DNA of 64,000 bases from an uncultured Verrucomicrobiae bacterium (GCA_963837955.1 CAWIPH010000002.1:3872001-3936000), one strand, 5' to 3'; shown: positions 31,516 to 41,925, counted from the first letter of the stretch. A program made the numbers and translations. Notes: generated by a model from the letters alone, not told the origin.

Positions 31516-32910
31516 ATGTGTTGTCTCCGTCAGCCGATTTTTTGGGGTTTGCTGTTTGTTGTAAATACTCTGGGCATTCCGATCGATGGACTCGCCCAGG
31601 ATCGTATCGCTTTTGACTTCAAAACCGCCCACGCATTCGTCGGCTTCGGGCTGCAACTCTGGACACAGACAGACCATCGAACAGAGCGGGATGATTTAAT
31701 TCGGGATCTGAACGTGCGTTGGATCCGGTTCAGCGTCACTCCCGAGATTCCGGAAGATCAGCTCAAAGATCATATGTCAGTAACAGAGATCCTGAATGTC
31801 ATTACAAAGAATGAAGACCAACAGCAGTCAGAAATGCTCCGACAATTTCAGCAGGAACTCACCGCGTTAAAAGTTCAGAGCCATTTAGTGTTTTGGCAAA
31901 TGCCGCCGCCATGGTGCACTTCTTTTCACGGGAATGACGGTAAAGAACGCGCGCACGTCGAGCCAGGTCACATCCCAGATTTTTCCAATTGGATTGTGGC
32001 GCATCTCCTCTACCTGAAACGATTTGGAATAATGCCGGCTGCCGTCGAATTGATCAACGAGCCGGATGGGGTTTCCAACACCAACTATACTCCGGAAGAA
32101 TACGATTCCTTGGTTGTCAGCGTAAAAACAAATCTAGACGAACACGGTCTCAAAACCGGAATCGAAGGACCCGGCGTGAGCACTGGATTTAGCACCGGCG
32201 CGTATCTGCAGGAGTTGGAGCGAACAGGTCATATTTCCTTGCTTCAGCGGCTCTCCTGGCATGACTACGACACGGCCAAACGCCCGGAACCCGCTGGCTT
32301 CGCCGGTGTCCCGCTCAGCCTATTGAGCCAGGTCCATGGGCTGCCGCTAGTGGTCACTGAGTTTACTAGCGAAAGTCCGCGCTGGGCAAGGCCACCGTAC
32401 GACGCGGGACCTGAAGTCCGGAGTGAAAATAGCGCCGCCAACTCCGCTGATTTCGGCGTCTCGGTAGCGGGAGAGGCCCTTAAGTTGATCGCCGATGGCG
32501 CGAACCAAGTCTCTTTCTGGCAAGCCGAAGACCCCTCCTGGACACATGATGCGTTTGGACTGCTCGACGAAGAGGGCAGACGAAAGCCGGTCGCGACCGC
32601 ACTCCAGTCCTTTCTCCAGTTCTTGCCTAGAGATGTTCAGGTAGTTGGCCCCGACAAGAACCTTTTCGGATTCGCTGGTGTGGCTTTTCGCAAATCAAAA
32701 ACGACCATCATCGTCCTGGCAAATCTCACGTCGGCAACTCGATCGCTTCAAGTGGAATTCGGTGGTCCGACCGGCAAAATCTCTGCGGTCCATGGATTCG
32801 ATGCGAATGGACCGATGAGCGAGAAAGCTGGTCACCAAGTTAAGTATTCAGGCGGCGTGCTCTCGGTTGAGCTTGGTCCCCGCGCCGTGTTGACTACGGT
32901 CATTCAGTAG
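31516..32910 (+). CDS. clan GH-A glycoside hydrolase (GH30-like)
   Basis: Signal-like N-terminus; INEPD acid/base, SWHDY, VVTEF nucleophile; C-terminal beta sandwich. Confidence 0.75.
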   Translation: MCCLRQPIFWGLLFVVNTLGIPIDGLAQDRIAFDFKTAHAFVGFGLQLWTQTDHRTERDDLIRDLNVRWIRFSVTPEIPEDQLKDHMSVTEILNVITKNEDQQQSEMLRQFQQELTALKVQSHLVFWQMPPPWCTSFHGNDGKERAHVEPGHIPDFSNWIVAHLLYLKRFGIMPAAVELINEPDGVSNTNYTPEEYDSLVVSVKTNLDEHGLKTGIEGPGVSTGFSTGAYLQELERTGHISLLQRLSWHDYDTAKRPEPAGFAGVPLSLLSQVHGLPLVVTEFTSESPRWARPPYDAGPEVRSENSAANSADFGVSVAGEALKLIADGANQVSFWQAEDPSWTHDAFGLLDEEGRRKPVATALQSFLQFLPRDVQVVGPDKNLFGFAGVAFRKSKTTIIVLANLTSATRSLQVEFGGPTGKISAVHGFDANGPMSEKAGHQVKYSGGVLSVELGPRAVLTTVIQ

Positions 32911-32981
32911 AAGGCAAACACGCCAATCCGCGAGTGATGGTTTTCGACCTTCTAGCGGTGGCGCTCGCTTCTGTTACTCCG

Positions 32982-34142
32982 CTAAAGCGCTGCCCTAAGG
33001 ATCTCAGCCAACTCATCAGTCTCAAGCAAAATGGGATTCGCTTTCATGCTGTTTGCCTGTTGCGCCTTTTCTACGAGAACCTTGATTTCAGTGTCTCGAA
33101 CACCAAACTTACCTAACGGCGCAACATTCAAGGTCCGACAGAGATCACGCACCCAGTTTACGGCGTCATCCGCTTTCGCGCTTGCCTTGTTCGTGAGCAG
33201 AGACCCCAAGGCGTCGTATCGACGAAGGGCATCGCTTTCGGGCATCCGACTGCGCAACGCCCGGATGTTCATGTCCATGACGTACGGTAATAATGCTGCA
33301 CAGATGGCGCCGTGCGGCGCGTCAAACATCCCTCCAATGGGCGCTGCAAATCCATGAACCGCTCCGAGCCCGGCGTTTGCTAGTGCCATACCTCCAAGCA
33401 GGCTCGCCAACGACATATCGGTACGGGCGCCGCGATCATGGCCATCCCGAAAAGCTCGGGGTAACCCTGTCACGACGCGTGGCAGACCCGATAAACAGAA
33501 CGCATCAGTCATCGGATTAGCCCGGACCGAAACGTACGGCTCAATCAGCTGAGTGAGTGTATCCAGCCCGGTCGCTGCAGTCACCACAGGCGGAACCGGA
33601 ACAGTAGTCTCCGGGTCGACCACTACCAACCGCGGCAACAGAATCGAACCGCGCAAACTCACTTTCACGTGATGTTCCGGAGACCCAAGCACGGCGTTCT
33701 TGGTCACTTCTGCTCCGGTCCCAGCCGTCGTGGGAATTGCGCAAAGCGGCAGAGCCGCTGCTTCCAGCGGCTTAGCTTTACCGATTACCTCCAGGTAATC
33801 TAAGATATCGCCCTGGTTGGTCGTTAAACCAGATATGGCCTTAGCGGAATCGATTACGCTTCCCCCACCGAAACCGACAATACCGGTTGCGCTAGAGTTT
33901 CGCGCCAACTGGACCCCATGACGCATCAAATCGATCGTAGGTTCTCCGCCGACTCGAAATTCGATTTGTTCAACCCCAAGTTTTTCGAGCTGATCTGTCA
34001 GCGGTTTGGCTCGGCTCGAATCCTTTCCTGTGACTACCAAGATTCTTGGGCCGAGAACTTGGATAAGCTCGCCAATCCGCTGCAGGGCGCCCAAGCCAAA
34101 TACGATCCGGCCGCTCGTAGCGAATTCGAACTGAATACTCAC
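32982..34142 (-). CDS. iron-containing alcohol dehydrogenase
   Basis: GGGSVIDSAK, PTTAGTGAEVT, GAVHG, PHGAIC; GTG start overlaps upstream stop. Confidence 0.93.
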   Translation of the reverse strand: MSIQFEFATSGRIVFGLGALQRIGELIQVLGPRILVVTGKDSSRAKPLTDQLEKLGVEQIEFRVGGEPTIDLMRHGVQLARNSSATGIVGFGGGSVIDSAKAISGLTTNQGDILDYLEVIGKAKPLEAAALPLCAIPTTAGTGAEVTKNAVLGSPEHHVKVSLRGSILLPRLVVVDPETTVPVPPVVTAATGLDTLTQLIEPYVSVRANPMTDAFCLSGLPRVVTGLPRAFRDGHDRGARTDMSLASLLGGMALANAGLGAVHGFAAPIGGMFDAPHGAICAALLPYVMDMNIRALRSRMPESDALRRYDALGSLLTNKASAKADDAVNWVRDLCRTLNVAPLGKFGVRDTEIKVLVEKAQQANSMKANPILLETDELAEILRAAL

Positions 34143-34444
34143 CAGTTCTGGTCTTCCGGGAAAACGTTGTGATAAAAGATGCGCGACCGTGGCTGTATCA
34201 GTAGATCTTCCACGGTTGCCTGCCATTTCGCATAGTGAGGGGTCCGCTTATGAGAGGCCGTATCCGCTTCGGTGCGATAGACTTCAACGAGTACGAACTG
34301 GGTAGGATCATCCCGCTGCTGAATAAAGTCGAATCGCACGACCCCCGGTTCTTGAATGCTGTTGCGAGCGTTTTCAATCGTTGCCGCGCAGAACGCCTCC
34401 ACGCACTCCGGTTTTACCTGGATGAAAACGTGAGCGATGAACAT
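34139..34444 (-). CDS. antibiotic biosynthesis monooxygenase (LsrG-like)
   Basis: NARNSIQEPGVVRFD, FVLVEVY, HKRTPHY. Confidence 0.9.
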   Translation of the reverse strand: MFIAHVFIQVKPECVEAFCAATIENARNSIQEPGVVRFDFIQQRDDPTQFVLVEVYRTEADTASHKRTPHYAKWQATVEDLLIQPRSRIFYHNVFPEDQNW

Positions 34445-34559
34445 AGACCAGTCTCCGTACGGGCGCTTGAACGTGCAAGGGAGGAATGAAGATGACCGAT
34501 AGCGAATAGCCAATAGCGGATTTTGGCTATTTCATCCGCGCACGAGGAAGTCTTGGCGC

Positions 34560-34593
34560 AAAAAAAAAGAGGCAGGCACATCGCCCGCCTCCC
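34560..34593 (-). terminator. rho-independent terminator
   Basis: Minus strand GAGGCGGGC-loop-GCCTGCCTC followed by poly-T. Confidence 0.8.
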
Positions 34594-34618
34594 ATAAGAA
34601 CACAGATAATTTTTCGGC

Positions 34619-35092
34619 TTAGTCGTCGCTATCGACCTTTATGGTCCATTTTTTGCCGGTTCGTCGATCGATGTAGACTTCTTTGTTCCCCTTCTTTTCG
34701 ACCAGTTGGAATCGAGTGGTATCCAGCGAATGGACAAATGTGTCGACGGTGGGATATTCCGCATCATCCGTAACCGTCTCAGTAACAATCTGTCTGTTAA
34801 CCCCCGCTGGCTGAGACTGCGCAACGGTTTGTTGGCGAACGACTCGGCCGTACGGATCCACGAAAACCACGTCGTTATCCGATTCGCGACGGACGGTGAC
34901 TTCGTACAAACCATTTTCATCTCGCACCACCCGGGTTACTCGCGAGACGTCAGGGATTCGGGTCTCCCGAATCACCGCGGTTCTGATCGTCTCCGGTAAC
35001 GTAACAAATTGAATGTCATCCGCCAGAGCCGTTACCATTCCACCCAAGCCTAAGACTCCAGCCACAAGTAGGAACTTTGCTTTCATAGTCAT
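34619..35092 (-). CDS. hypothetical secreted protein (PepSY-like)
   Basis: Signal peptide; LPETIRTAV, GLYEV, VFVDPYG. Confidence 0.75.
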   Translation of the reverse strand: MTMKAKFLLVAGVLGLGGMVTALADDIQFVTLPETIRTAVIRETRIPDVSRVTRVVRDENGLYEVTVRRESDNDVVFVDPYGRVVRQQTVAQSQPAGVNRQIVTETVTDDAEYPTVDTFVHSLDTTRFQLVEKKGNKEVYIDRRTGKKWTIKVDSDD

Positions 35093-35444
35093 TAGGTGCT
35101 GAGACGAGCCTCCAGCGGGTAGTATTCAATATTTACTCCCTGCCCCGACAGTGGTCCGAATGCGTCATAGCTCAGGCCGAATGCGCGCAATGATTCGGGT
35201 TAGCATAAAAGAAGCCAATTTCAGAAAGGTTCCCCATTTGCGATTTTCTTTCCCTGCGCTCACTGAAAAAATAATCGAGTCTGAATGCCCCTTTTCGGTT
35301 GCATACGGCTCATTTCTCCCCGATTAAGTGCTGCTCGTTTGTTTGTTCGCAGCACGGAAGATCGTCAGTTGAGAATACCTCAGTGGTGATTTGAAACCCG
35401 ATGAGCGGGTACGGCTCTGACACTGACATTCGTTCTTAATTGAT

Positions 35445-35750
35445 ATGAAATTGTTTGTAGGAAATCTCGCGTTTTCCAGCACGGAAAACGACCTGGAAGA
35501 TTTGTTCTCTGAGTACGGCACTGTCACCGAAGTTGGCCTGGTTACCGATCGGGCAACTGGCCGGTCCCGCGGGTTCGCCTTCGTTACGATGGGTAACGAT
35601 ACCGAAGCACAAGCGGCAATCACTGCGCTTGACGGTAAGGAGTTTGGCGGCCGTAACATCGCGGTAAACGAAGCGCGCCCCAAGACGGATGCGCCACGCG
35701 GTGGTGGTGGTGGTTCTCGCCAGAATACCTTCAGCCGTCCACGGCGTTAA
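35445..35750 (+). CDS. RRM RNA-binding protein
   Basis: RNP2 LFVGNL, RNP1 RGFAFVTM, Gly-rich tail. Confidence 0.96.
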   Translation: MKLFVGNLAFSSTENDLEDLFSEYGTVTEVGLVTDRATGRSRGFAFVTMGNDTEAQAAITALDGKEFGGRNIAVNEARPKTDAPRGGGGGSRQNTFSRPRR

Positions 35751-35883
35751 TTCACGAATCTGGACGCGCAGCTAACGTTGCGCGTCCGCTGCGTTCATCG
35801 ACGCAGAAAAATGATGGTGGCGATCTGGCAGCGTCGGATCGTCACTAAGCTCTAATCTCCCCTTCGTGGCTGCCCCCCTGATG

Positions 35884-36225
35884 GGTAGGGCGAACGCTTT
35901 TGCGTGAGCCGCTCAGGGCTTCCCGGCTGAAATAAATTTTCGCCCTACCAATGCTGGGACAGCACCGCTGATCGGTAGGCGAACGCTCTGCGTGAGCCGC
36001 TCGGAAGTTCCCGGCTCAAATAAATTTTCGCCCTACCAACGCTGGAACAACACACCTGATCGGTAGGCGAACGCTCTGCGTGAGCCGCTCGGAAGTTCCG
36101 GCTCAAATAAATTTTCGCCCTACCAACGCTGGGATAGCACACCTGATCGGTCGGCGAACGCTTTGCCTGAGCCGCTCAGAAGTTCCCGGCTCAAATAAAT
36201 TTTCGCCCTACCAACGCTGGGACAA
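35884..36225. repeat. tandem array of four family B hairpin units (about 87-90 bp period)
   Basis: GGTAGG(G)CGAACGCT..GCGTGAGCCGCTC..CCGGCTCAAATAAATTTTCGCCCTACC x4 with similar linkers. Confidence 0.9.
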
Positions 36226-36549
36226 CCCCATTCTGCTCAGACTTCCTTCCTTAATCTGAAACCTTTGCGTCTTGGCGTCTTTGCGTGAGATCTCTCCGCC
36301 CTTAATCGGACGTTGCTGCATCTCAATCAGGCCAGACTTCGCCAAACCGTGACGCTCAGAAAGAAGGATATGAATAGGCCAATCGCTAGCCACCAAGCGA
36401 TGTGGTTGAATCGGAGAGGGATGGTTTTCACGATCGAATTTTTGCTGAAAAGACGCTGTTGCGATCGGCAATTGCATCTTTTCTCTCTTACCCACGCGCG
36501 CACACAACAGATCTTGCGTCTCGTTTGCGAGCAGCGATAAGTCTCGAAG

Positions 36550-37023
36550 ATGAGCAATTTTGGGCAGCTTGACGCAAAAGCCGGCCAGCGTACTCACGTT
36601 CACATCCGGCGTTTTGATCCGACCTTGGATCTTGAGATTTGCCAAGAGATTTACCAGATCGTGCGAGCGACGACATTTTACTGGATCGATTCCAAAAAAT
36701 TTCGCTTACGTGATTTTACGGACGACACCAAAGGAGAATTCGTCGCCGTCGCGGAGGACTCGAATCGCGGAGTAGCGGGTTTCATCGGGATTTGGTTTCC
36801 AGACCATTTCATCCATCACTTGTACGTTTTGCCTGAACGTCAGCGTTGCGGAATCGGAAAAGCGCTACTCGACCACGCGTTGACCCAGATTGGCCGGCCA
36901 GCAAGATTAAAATGCCAACGACGCAACCGGAACGCGTGCAATTTCTATACCCATCTCGGTTGGCGCTCGGGCGAGACAGGTTACGATTCTATCGGGGATT
37001 GGATCGAGTTTCTCTTCGATTAA
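36550..37023 (+). CDS. GNAT N-acetyltransferase
   Basis: FIHHLYV, QRCGIGKALL, N.NACNFY. Confidence 0.88.
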   Translation: MSNFGQLDAKAGQRTHVHIRRFDPTLDLEICQEIYQIVRATTFYWIDSKKFRLRDFTDDTKGEFVAVAEDSNRGVAGFIGIWFPDHFIHHLYVLPERQRCGIGKALLDHALTQIGRPARLKCQRRNRNACNFYTHLGWRSGETGYDSIGDWIEFLFD

Positions 37024-37658
37024 ACCTCGGCTCGAAAGGTTTTACCCAGTTGCTCTCCTAACCCGTAGTAGTGCCGAAAGTTATAAATCAGCGGTCGCCA
37101 GAGCGCGGGATTAATGTAGTTCTCTTGGAGAATCATTTTCTTCGCGACGTGGACCCGAACGACTTGGACTTCGACGGCAATTGCTCCCGCGCGAATCCGT
37201 TCGTCCTGGGTGCCGATTTCAAAGAAATTCCGGACGATGGCCTCAAGTTGGATCGGGCACTCACCAATCCGCGGCACGTTAATTTCTTCGGACGCTAACG
37301 GCGTCAGACCGACCGCCGCGAACTTGTCCGGTTCATAGCGAAACTGCTCTGCTTTGTGTTTTGGAACCGGATTATTGCCAGTAAGCGGCGCGAGTTTTTC
37401 CACCTTCTGGCAAAGATCTTCGGATACAAGATTCACAACACATTCAGGCTGTCTGCGTAGATTTGCCGTGGTCTTGGCAGTGCTTTCCAATCCGAGGAGC
37501 AGAGTCCAGCCCAGCGCCCAGACGGATGAAATCGGACCGATGTTGGGAGCGCCATCCTCCTTCAACGTCGTGATCAGGGCAACCGGCGTTCCGAAGTAAA
37601 GAATCTTGGGAGCAATTGACTCGGATGCCAAAATCTGCGGCGTGCGCGTTCTATTCAT
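37020..37658 (-). CDS. flavin reductase family protein
   Basis: ILYFGTPV, PRIGECPIQLE, WRPLIYNFRHY. Confidence 0.9.
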   Translation of the reverse strand: MNRTRTPQILASESIAPKILYFGTPVALITTLKEDGAPNIGPISSVWALGWTLLLGLESTAKTTANLRRQPECVVNLVSEDLCQKVEKLAPLTGNNPVPKHKAEQFRYEPDKFAAVGLTPLASEEINVPRIGECPIQLEAIVRNFFEIGTQDERIRAGAIAVEVQVVRVHVAKKMILQENYINPALWRPLIYNFRHYYGLGEQLGKTFRAEV

Positions 37659-37720
37659 GATTCACAATCCGTGATTTGCAATTCGCTAGCAACGGTTCAT
37701 ACTTCAAGATTCGCTGAAAT

Positions 37721-38413
37721 ATGGATGGCAAATATCCAATCGCTGAGACAGCTGGACTCTTGGCCGATCCGGCACGTGCAGCAATGCTGGTCGCGCTCCT
37801 GGATGGTCGTAGCCTGCCCGCCTCCGAACTCGCCCTCATTGCCAGGGTTTCGGCTCAAGCGGCCAGCATGCACCTCGCTAAACTCCTGGCCGGTCGCCTG
37901 GTTACAATGACGCGGTTCGGGCGTCATAGATACTATCGCGTTGCCAATTCTGCTGTAGCGAATGTGGTTGAAGCAATGGGTGCGCTGTGCAATACGCTTC
38001 GGCCGGTCCGAGCACCGGTGGGCGGTTCAATTCAACCGATACGCATTGCCCGAACATGTTACGACCATCTCGCGGGAAGAGTGGCTACTCAGATTTGTGA
38101 GTCATTGCAGGAAAAGAGAGTCTTGGAATCGGTGGATGACGTTTTCCGTCTCACGATCCGAGGAGAACGCTGGCTACAAGACCTTGGGATCGATCTGAAT
38201 AGCGTGCGGGCCAACCGAAAACGACCACTTGTGCGCAAATGCTTGGATTGGACCGAACGCAAGTTTCATGTGGCTGGAACCGTCGGAGCAGCGCTGCTTG
38301 AACTTTTCCGGAAGCGGAAATGGATCAGGCGGGAGGCGGGTTCTCGAATCGTAACCATCACGCCGGACGGCAGAGCAGCGTTCAAGGCGCATTTTGGAAT
38401 AGTCATCGACTAG
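37721..38413 (+). CDS. ArsR-family winged-helix regulator
   Basis: LADPARAAML, ARTCYDHLAG, CLDWTERKFH. Confidence 0.92.
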   Translation: MDGKYPIAETAGLLADPARAAMLVALLDGRSLPASELALIARVSAQAASMHLAKLLAGRLVTMTRFGRHRYYRVANSAVANVVEAMGALCNTLRPVRAPVGGSIQPIRIARTCYDHLAGRVATQICESLQEKRVLESVDDVFRLTIRGERWLQDLGIDLNSVRANRKRPLVRKCLDWTERKFHVAGTVGAALLELFRKRKWIRREAGSRIVTITPDGRAAFKAHFGIVID

Positions 38414-38529
38414 TGCGCTCAACCGCCAATGGAACAAAACCGGTCCATGAGTACCTCTCGGAGGATTTCGTTACCGAAGCCTTTTGTTTCCTTCCGAAAA
38501 AAGGCATCTTTCTGATTGCCTGATTTGTG

Positions 38530-39213
38530 ATGCCCGCAACAAATACGCTCCCCAGCTTGTGGCCCTATCCGACCGAGTTTCCGGATCTTCTGCTCCGCCC
38601 GCTACAGGAGGAGGACGCCGAGGAGCTCTTTGCCGTAACCGATGGCAACCGTGCGCATCTATTGCGATGGCTGCCATGGGTCGATGCTACCCGGACACCT
38701 AATGATTCTTCTCTATTCATCCGCCACGCCATCGAAGAACAAGCATCGCTGCGGGCGGTTCATTGCGCGATTACGTTCCGGAACAGAATTATTGGCGTTA
38801 TTGCGTTCAATTCGATCGATCATTTTCACCGCGCCAGCACAATTGGATATTGGCTAGCCCAAGATCACACGGGCCATGGGTATATGACTGCCGCCGTCCG
38901 CGCTTTGATTCAATTCGGTTTCGACCACCTCAATCTCAACCGGGTTGAGATCCGCATTGCGCCGGAAAACCGGGCCAGCGGTGCCGTGTGCACTCGATTG
39001 CGGTTTCGCTACGAAGGAGTTCTTCGCGAAGCGGAATGGCTCGGAGATCGCTTTGTCGATTTGGAGATATACAGCCTGCTAAGATCGGAATGGATGCACC
39101 CCGCTGGAGGGCAAGGTCCCTCGATTAGAGTGAGCGAATCTCACGACCAAGCGGCTCAAGGGTCGCACTCGTCAGACAATCTGGGCGTTCGCAATTCCCA
39201 TTTACAAGCCTGA
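38530..39213 (+). CDS. RimL/RimJ-type GNAT acetyltransferase
   Basis: NRAHLLRWLPW, IGYWL, GHGYMT, LNRVEI. Confidence 0.9.
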   Translation: MPATNTLPSLWPYPTEFPDLLLRPLQEEDAEELFAVTDGNRAHLLRWLPWVDATRTPNDSSLFIRHAIEEQASLRAVHCAITFRNRIIGVIAFNSIDHFHRASTIGYWLAQDHTGHGYMTAAVRALIQFGFDHLNLNRVEIRIAPENRASGAVCTRLRFRYEGVLREAEWLGDRFVDLEIYSLLRSEWMHPAGGQGPSIRVSESHDQAAQGSHSSDNLGVRNSHLQA

Positions 39214-40536
39214 ACGGACTTCGCGATAACATTCCAGAAATCCCGGCGCAAAGTCTTTTGGCCTGCTCTGTATCCAACCGTCTATCATCGCGAGCCGAAA
39301 AAAGCCGCCGGTCTCGATTTCCAGGGCATTGTATTCGATCGGACCATCATGACTTCCCCGGTAGATCGAGATGAATTCCTGCCCTGTTTTGTCGGATGCC
39401 GCGACCACTCCGATTTGGTGGATGCTAACGGATAGACCGAGCTCTTCGGACAATTCTCGTCGGGCGCAGTCGTCATAGGATTCTCCGGCGTCCACGTGGC
39501 CGGAAGCGCTGGAATCCCACTGATGAGAGTGCCTATCCTTCCGCCAGGAGCGCTTCTGCAAGAACAACTCTCCGTCTCGATTGAGAATGAACAGGTGCAC
39601 CGCTCGATGTCGCAGACTTTGATCGTGAACGGTTTGGCGTTCCGCGGCTCCGATCGGGCGATCAGAATCATCCACTAAAGCCAGCTTTTCCGCCGGATGA
39701 GATCCCTCTCCGCGCGAAGGCACCAATCGATGCATCAGTTCAAGCCATTTCTCGCCGGAGAGTTCCTCTGCCCGACAAGACAAGTTCAATCCCGTCGCGC
39801 TAAGCGCTTCGTCAATCGCATTAACCAAAAAGAGTCTACTGAGATTTTTGCGGAGCTGTTTTCTTCGCTCTGCGAATCCGGTTTTCACCAAAAGGCCAAA
39901 TTGCGACCAACTGATCTCCGGTGTTTCCCGCGCCGGCCTGCGCACCAGTCGAATAACCGCTGAATCCACTTGAGGTCGCGGGAAGAAAAGGGTCGGGGCG
40001 AGGATCCGAAGACGCGCGATATTCCACCTCGCTTGCAACAACACGCTGATTGCTCCGTACTCCTTGGTTCCTGGAGACGCTACCAAGCGCTCTGCCACCT
40101 CCCGTTGCACCGTGAAAACCAACCGCTCGAATGGACACGGCGCGGCGGTAAAATGGAACAGAATCGGCGTGGAGACGTAGTAAGGGAGATTTCCAACAGC
40201 TTTGACCGTCCCCAGAGGGAAAAATTCTCGTATATCGCATCGGAGCGCATCTCCCTTGACCACCCGAATCTGACCTCCGGAGAAGGTACTCTCAATGAAT
40301 TGCGCAAAAAGCTTGTCTTTTTCCAGCAGAGTTGCCGACACCCCGGATTGGGCAAAATTTGCCGTCAGAGCCCCCAACCCTGGACCGATTTCAACCACAT
40401 GATCCCCGGGTGCTATACTGAGCTGATCCACGATCCATTTCGCTACATTCTTGTCATGTAAGAAGTTTTGCCCGAACGACTTGCGCGGAGCCGCTCCCAG
40501 CCGCTCCAAGGTTGACATTATGCTGCTAATGTTCAT
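39202..40536 (-). CDS. rsmA: 16S rRNA m6,6A dimethyltransferase fused to NUDIX (IDI-like) domain
   Basis: KSFGQNFL, EIGPGLGALT, GNLPYY, P.P.VDS; C-terminal Nudix box GHVDAGESYDDCARRELSEELG. Confidence 0.93.
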   Translation of the reverse strand: MNISSIMSTLERLGAAPRKSFGQNFLHDKNVAKWIVDQLSIAPGDHVVEIGPGLGALTANFAQSGVSATLLEKDKLFAQFIESTFSGGQIRVVKGDALRCDIREFFPLGTVKAVGNLPYYVSTPILFHFTAAPCPFERLVFTVQREVAERLVASPGTKEYGAISVLLQARWNIARLRILAPTLFFPRPQVDSAVIRLVRRPARETPEISWSQFGLLVKTGFAERRKQLRKNLSRLFLVNAIDEALSATGLNLSCRAEELSGEKWLELMHRLVPSRGEGSHPAEKLALVDDSDRPIGAAERQTVHDQSLRHRAVHLFILNRDGELFLQKRSWRKDRHSHQWDSSASGHVDAGESYDDCARRELSEELGLSVSIHQIGVVAASDKTGQEFISIYRGSHDGPIEYNALEIETGGFFRLAMIDGWIQSRPKDFAPGFLECYREVRSGL

Positions 40537-40617
40537 CGTCCGAGGACGGACCAGAGATCACTTGCTAGCAGGTTCTTCTCCGTAAACCCGCAGTTCTAAA
40601 CAAGTTATTCACAGCAT

Positions 40618-41808
40618 TTATTTGCCGGAATCGCCTTGACTTTTTTTCTCGATCTTAAGCTTCCGGGCCTCGCTCTTTTTTTTTCTTCGGAGCAACCTGC
40701 GCACTTCGGCCAGCGAAATCCCATCGATAAAATAAGCGGAGGCAGCCCGGCCGATACCATAAGTTCCGGCTGCTGCTACGCCGCCGGAGATCGCATTTCC
40801 CCATCCTGGAAGGAATTTGACAGCTGCCCGCGCGCCTTCTCGGAACGCCATTCCTACGCCGATATTCATGCCGAGCGCACCTAGAAACTCGCCCGCGGCT
40901 TTCAAGCTCAGTTCCCGACCGCTAATGTGCATGACGCCGGCAACCATCATAAACTGAAGTGTCGTCAAAACAGGAAAATCCGCGAGTGGGATCGGCTGCG
41001 CCCCAATCGCGGCGGACATGGTAGTCACAGAACGGATCAACCGGTTGGCCAGATCTTTTTGCACTTCCTTGGCGCCGAAAATCCGCGCCATCTCAACCTG
41101 CGCGTCATCAGGAAGCTCGCGGGTCATGAGATCAGCCAATTCACGAATATTGCGGCGCTCGTCTCGCTCTAGATCGAGCGAGCCATCCATCCGAAATCGC
41201 ACGAACGAAGAGACTGCGATCGCGCGGACAAAATGAGAAGCCAAACCGGGCTGACCACTTAGCCAAGCTTGCAATTCGGTCCGGCGCTTTTCGACAACTT
41301 CGGCACTGGTATCCGCGGGGAGATCAACCACTCCGATCAATGGGATTCGCTTTTGGAAACGCTGGTGGAGAAAATCGAGCACCCGAGTAGCTTGCTCGCA
41401 TTCGAAGCCGAGATCGGTCGAGGCCGTGCCGCTGACTAAGAAAAGGATTATGTCGGGACCCTCTTCGGACAAAGCGCTCGTCAAATCACTCCAGGAGCCG
41501 GACGTCTTATTTAGCCGGCGAGCATCGAGAATGCGGAAGCCTCCCTTCAGCCGCTGCTCGTAATTAATCCAGCCAGGATCGGTCTGAGGAGCAATCAAAG
41601 TCAGTTCGGAACCAAGAAGTGCTGACGCGATGGAGGAAGCATTGGCATTCGCGTCGCCCAGCAAAGCCAAGCGAGCCGGACGCTGCGCCAAGAAGATTTG
41701 TTTGATCGGGCGCAACTCTTGCAAGATTGCTTTTTGCAAAGGATTGGGCAGACGGGAGATCAGCGCTTCGATTTTCTCGTAGATGCCTAGTAACGTCTGC
41801 TGATTCAT
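40618..41808 (-). CDS. GTPase-like/DUF697 (YcjF-like) protein
   Basis: C-terminal IGAQPIPLADFPVLTTLQ, KFLPGWG; N-terminal P-loop appears degenerate. Confidence 0.75.
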   Translation of the reverse strand: MNQQTLLGIYEKIEALISRLPNPLQKAILQELRPIKQIFLAQRPARLALLGDANANASSIASALLGSELTLIAPQTDPGWINYEQRLKGGFRILDARRLNKTSGSWSDLTSALSEEGPDIILFLVSGTASTDLGFECEQATRVLDFLHQRFQKRIPLIGVVDLPADTSAEVVEKRRTELQAWLSGQPGLASHFVRAIAVSSFVRFRMDGSLDLERDERRNIRELADLMTRELPDDAQVEMARIFGAKEVQKDLANRLIRSVTTMSAAIGAQPIPLADFPVLTTLQFMMVAGVMHISGRELSLKAAGEFLGALGMNIGVGMAFREGARAAVKFLPGWGNAISGGVAAAGTYGIGRAASAYFIDGISLAEVRRLLRRKKKSEARKLKIEKKSQGDSGK

Positions 41809-41925
41809 TTTGGGGGTTCTCTGAATTTTTCGAGATGGCTAGGACTGGGTACACTCTTCCGGCGCCTTCGAGTCGCCCGATACCGTTCGAGGGCCGGCTA
41901 GCGCGTGGTTGCGAGATTCAGCGCA

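Noticed and set aside
35884..36225. CRISPR array
   Set aside because: Units are too long, linkers resemble each other rather than being unique spacers, the same unit occurs elsewhere, and there are no cas genes
36260..36290. CTTTGCGTCTTGGCGTCTTTGCGTGAGA octamer repeat and heptamer runs at about 24100 and 24760
   Set aside because: Short low-complexity repeats; no function assignable from this window
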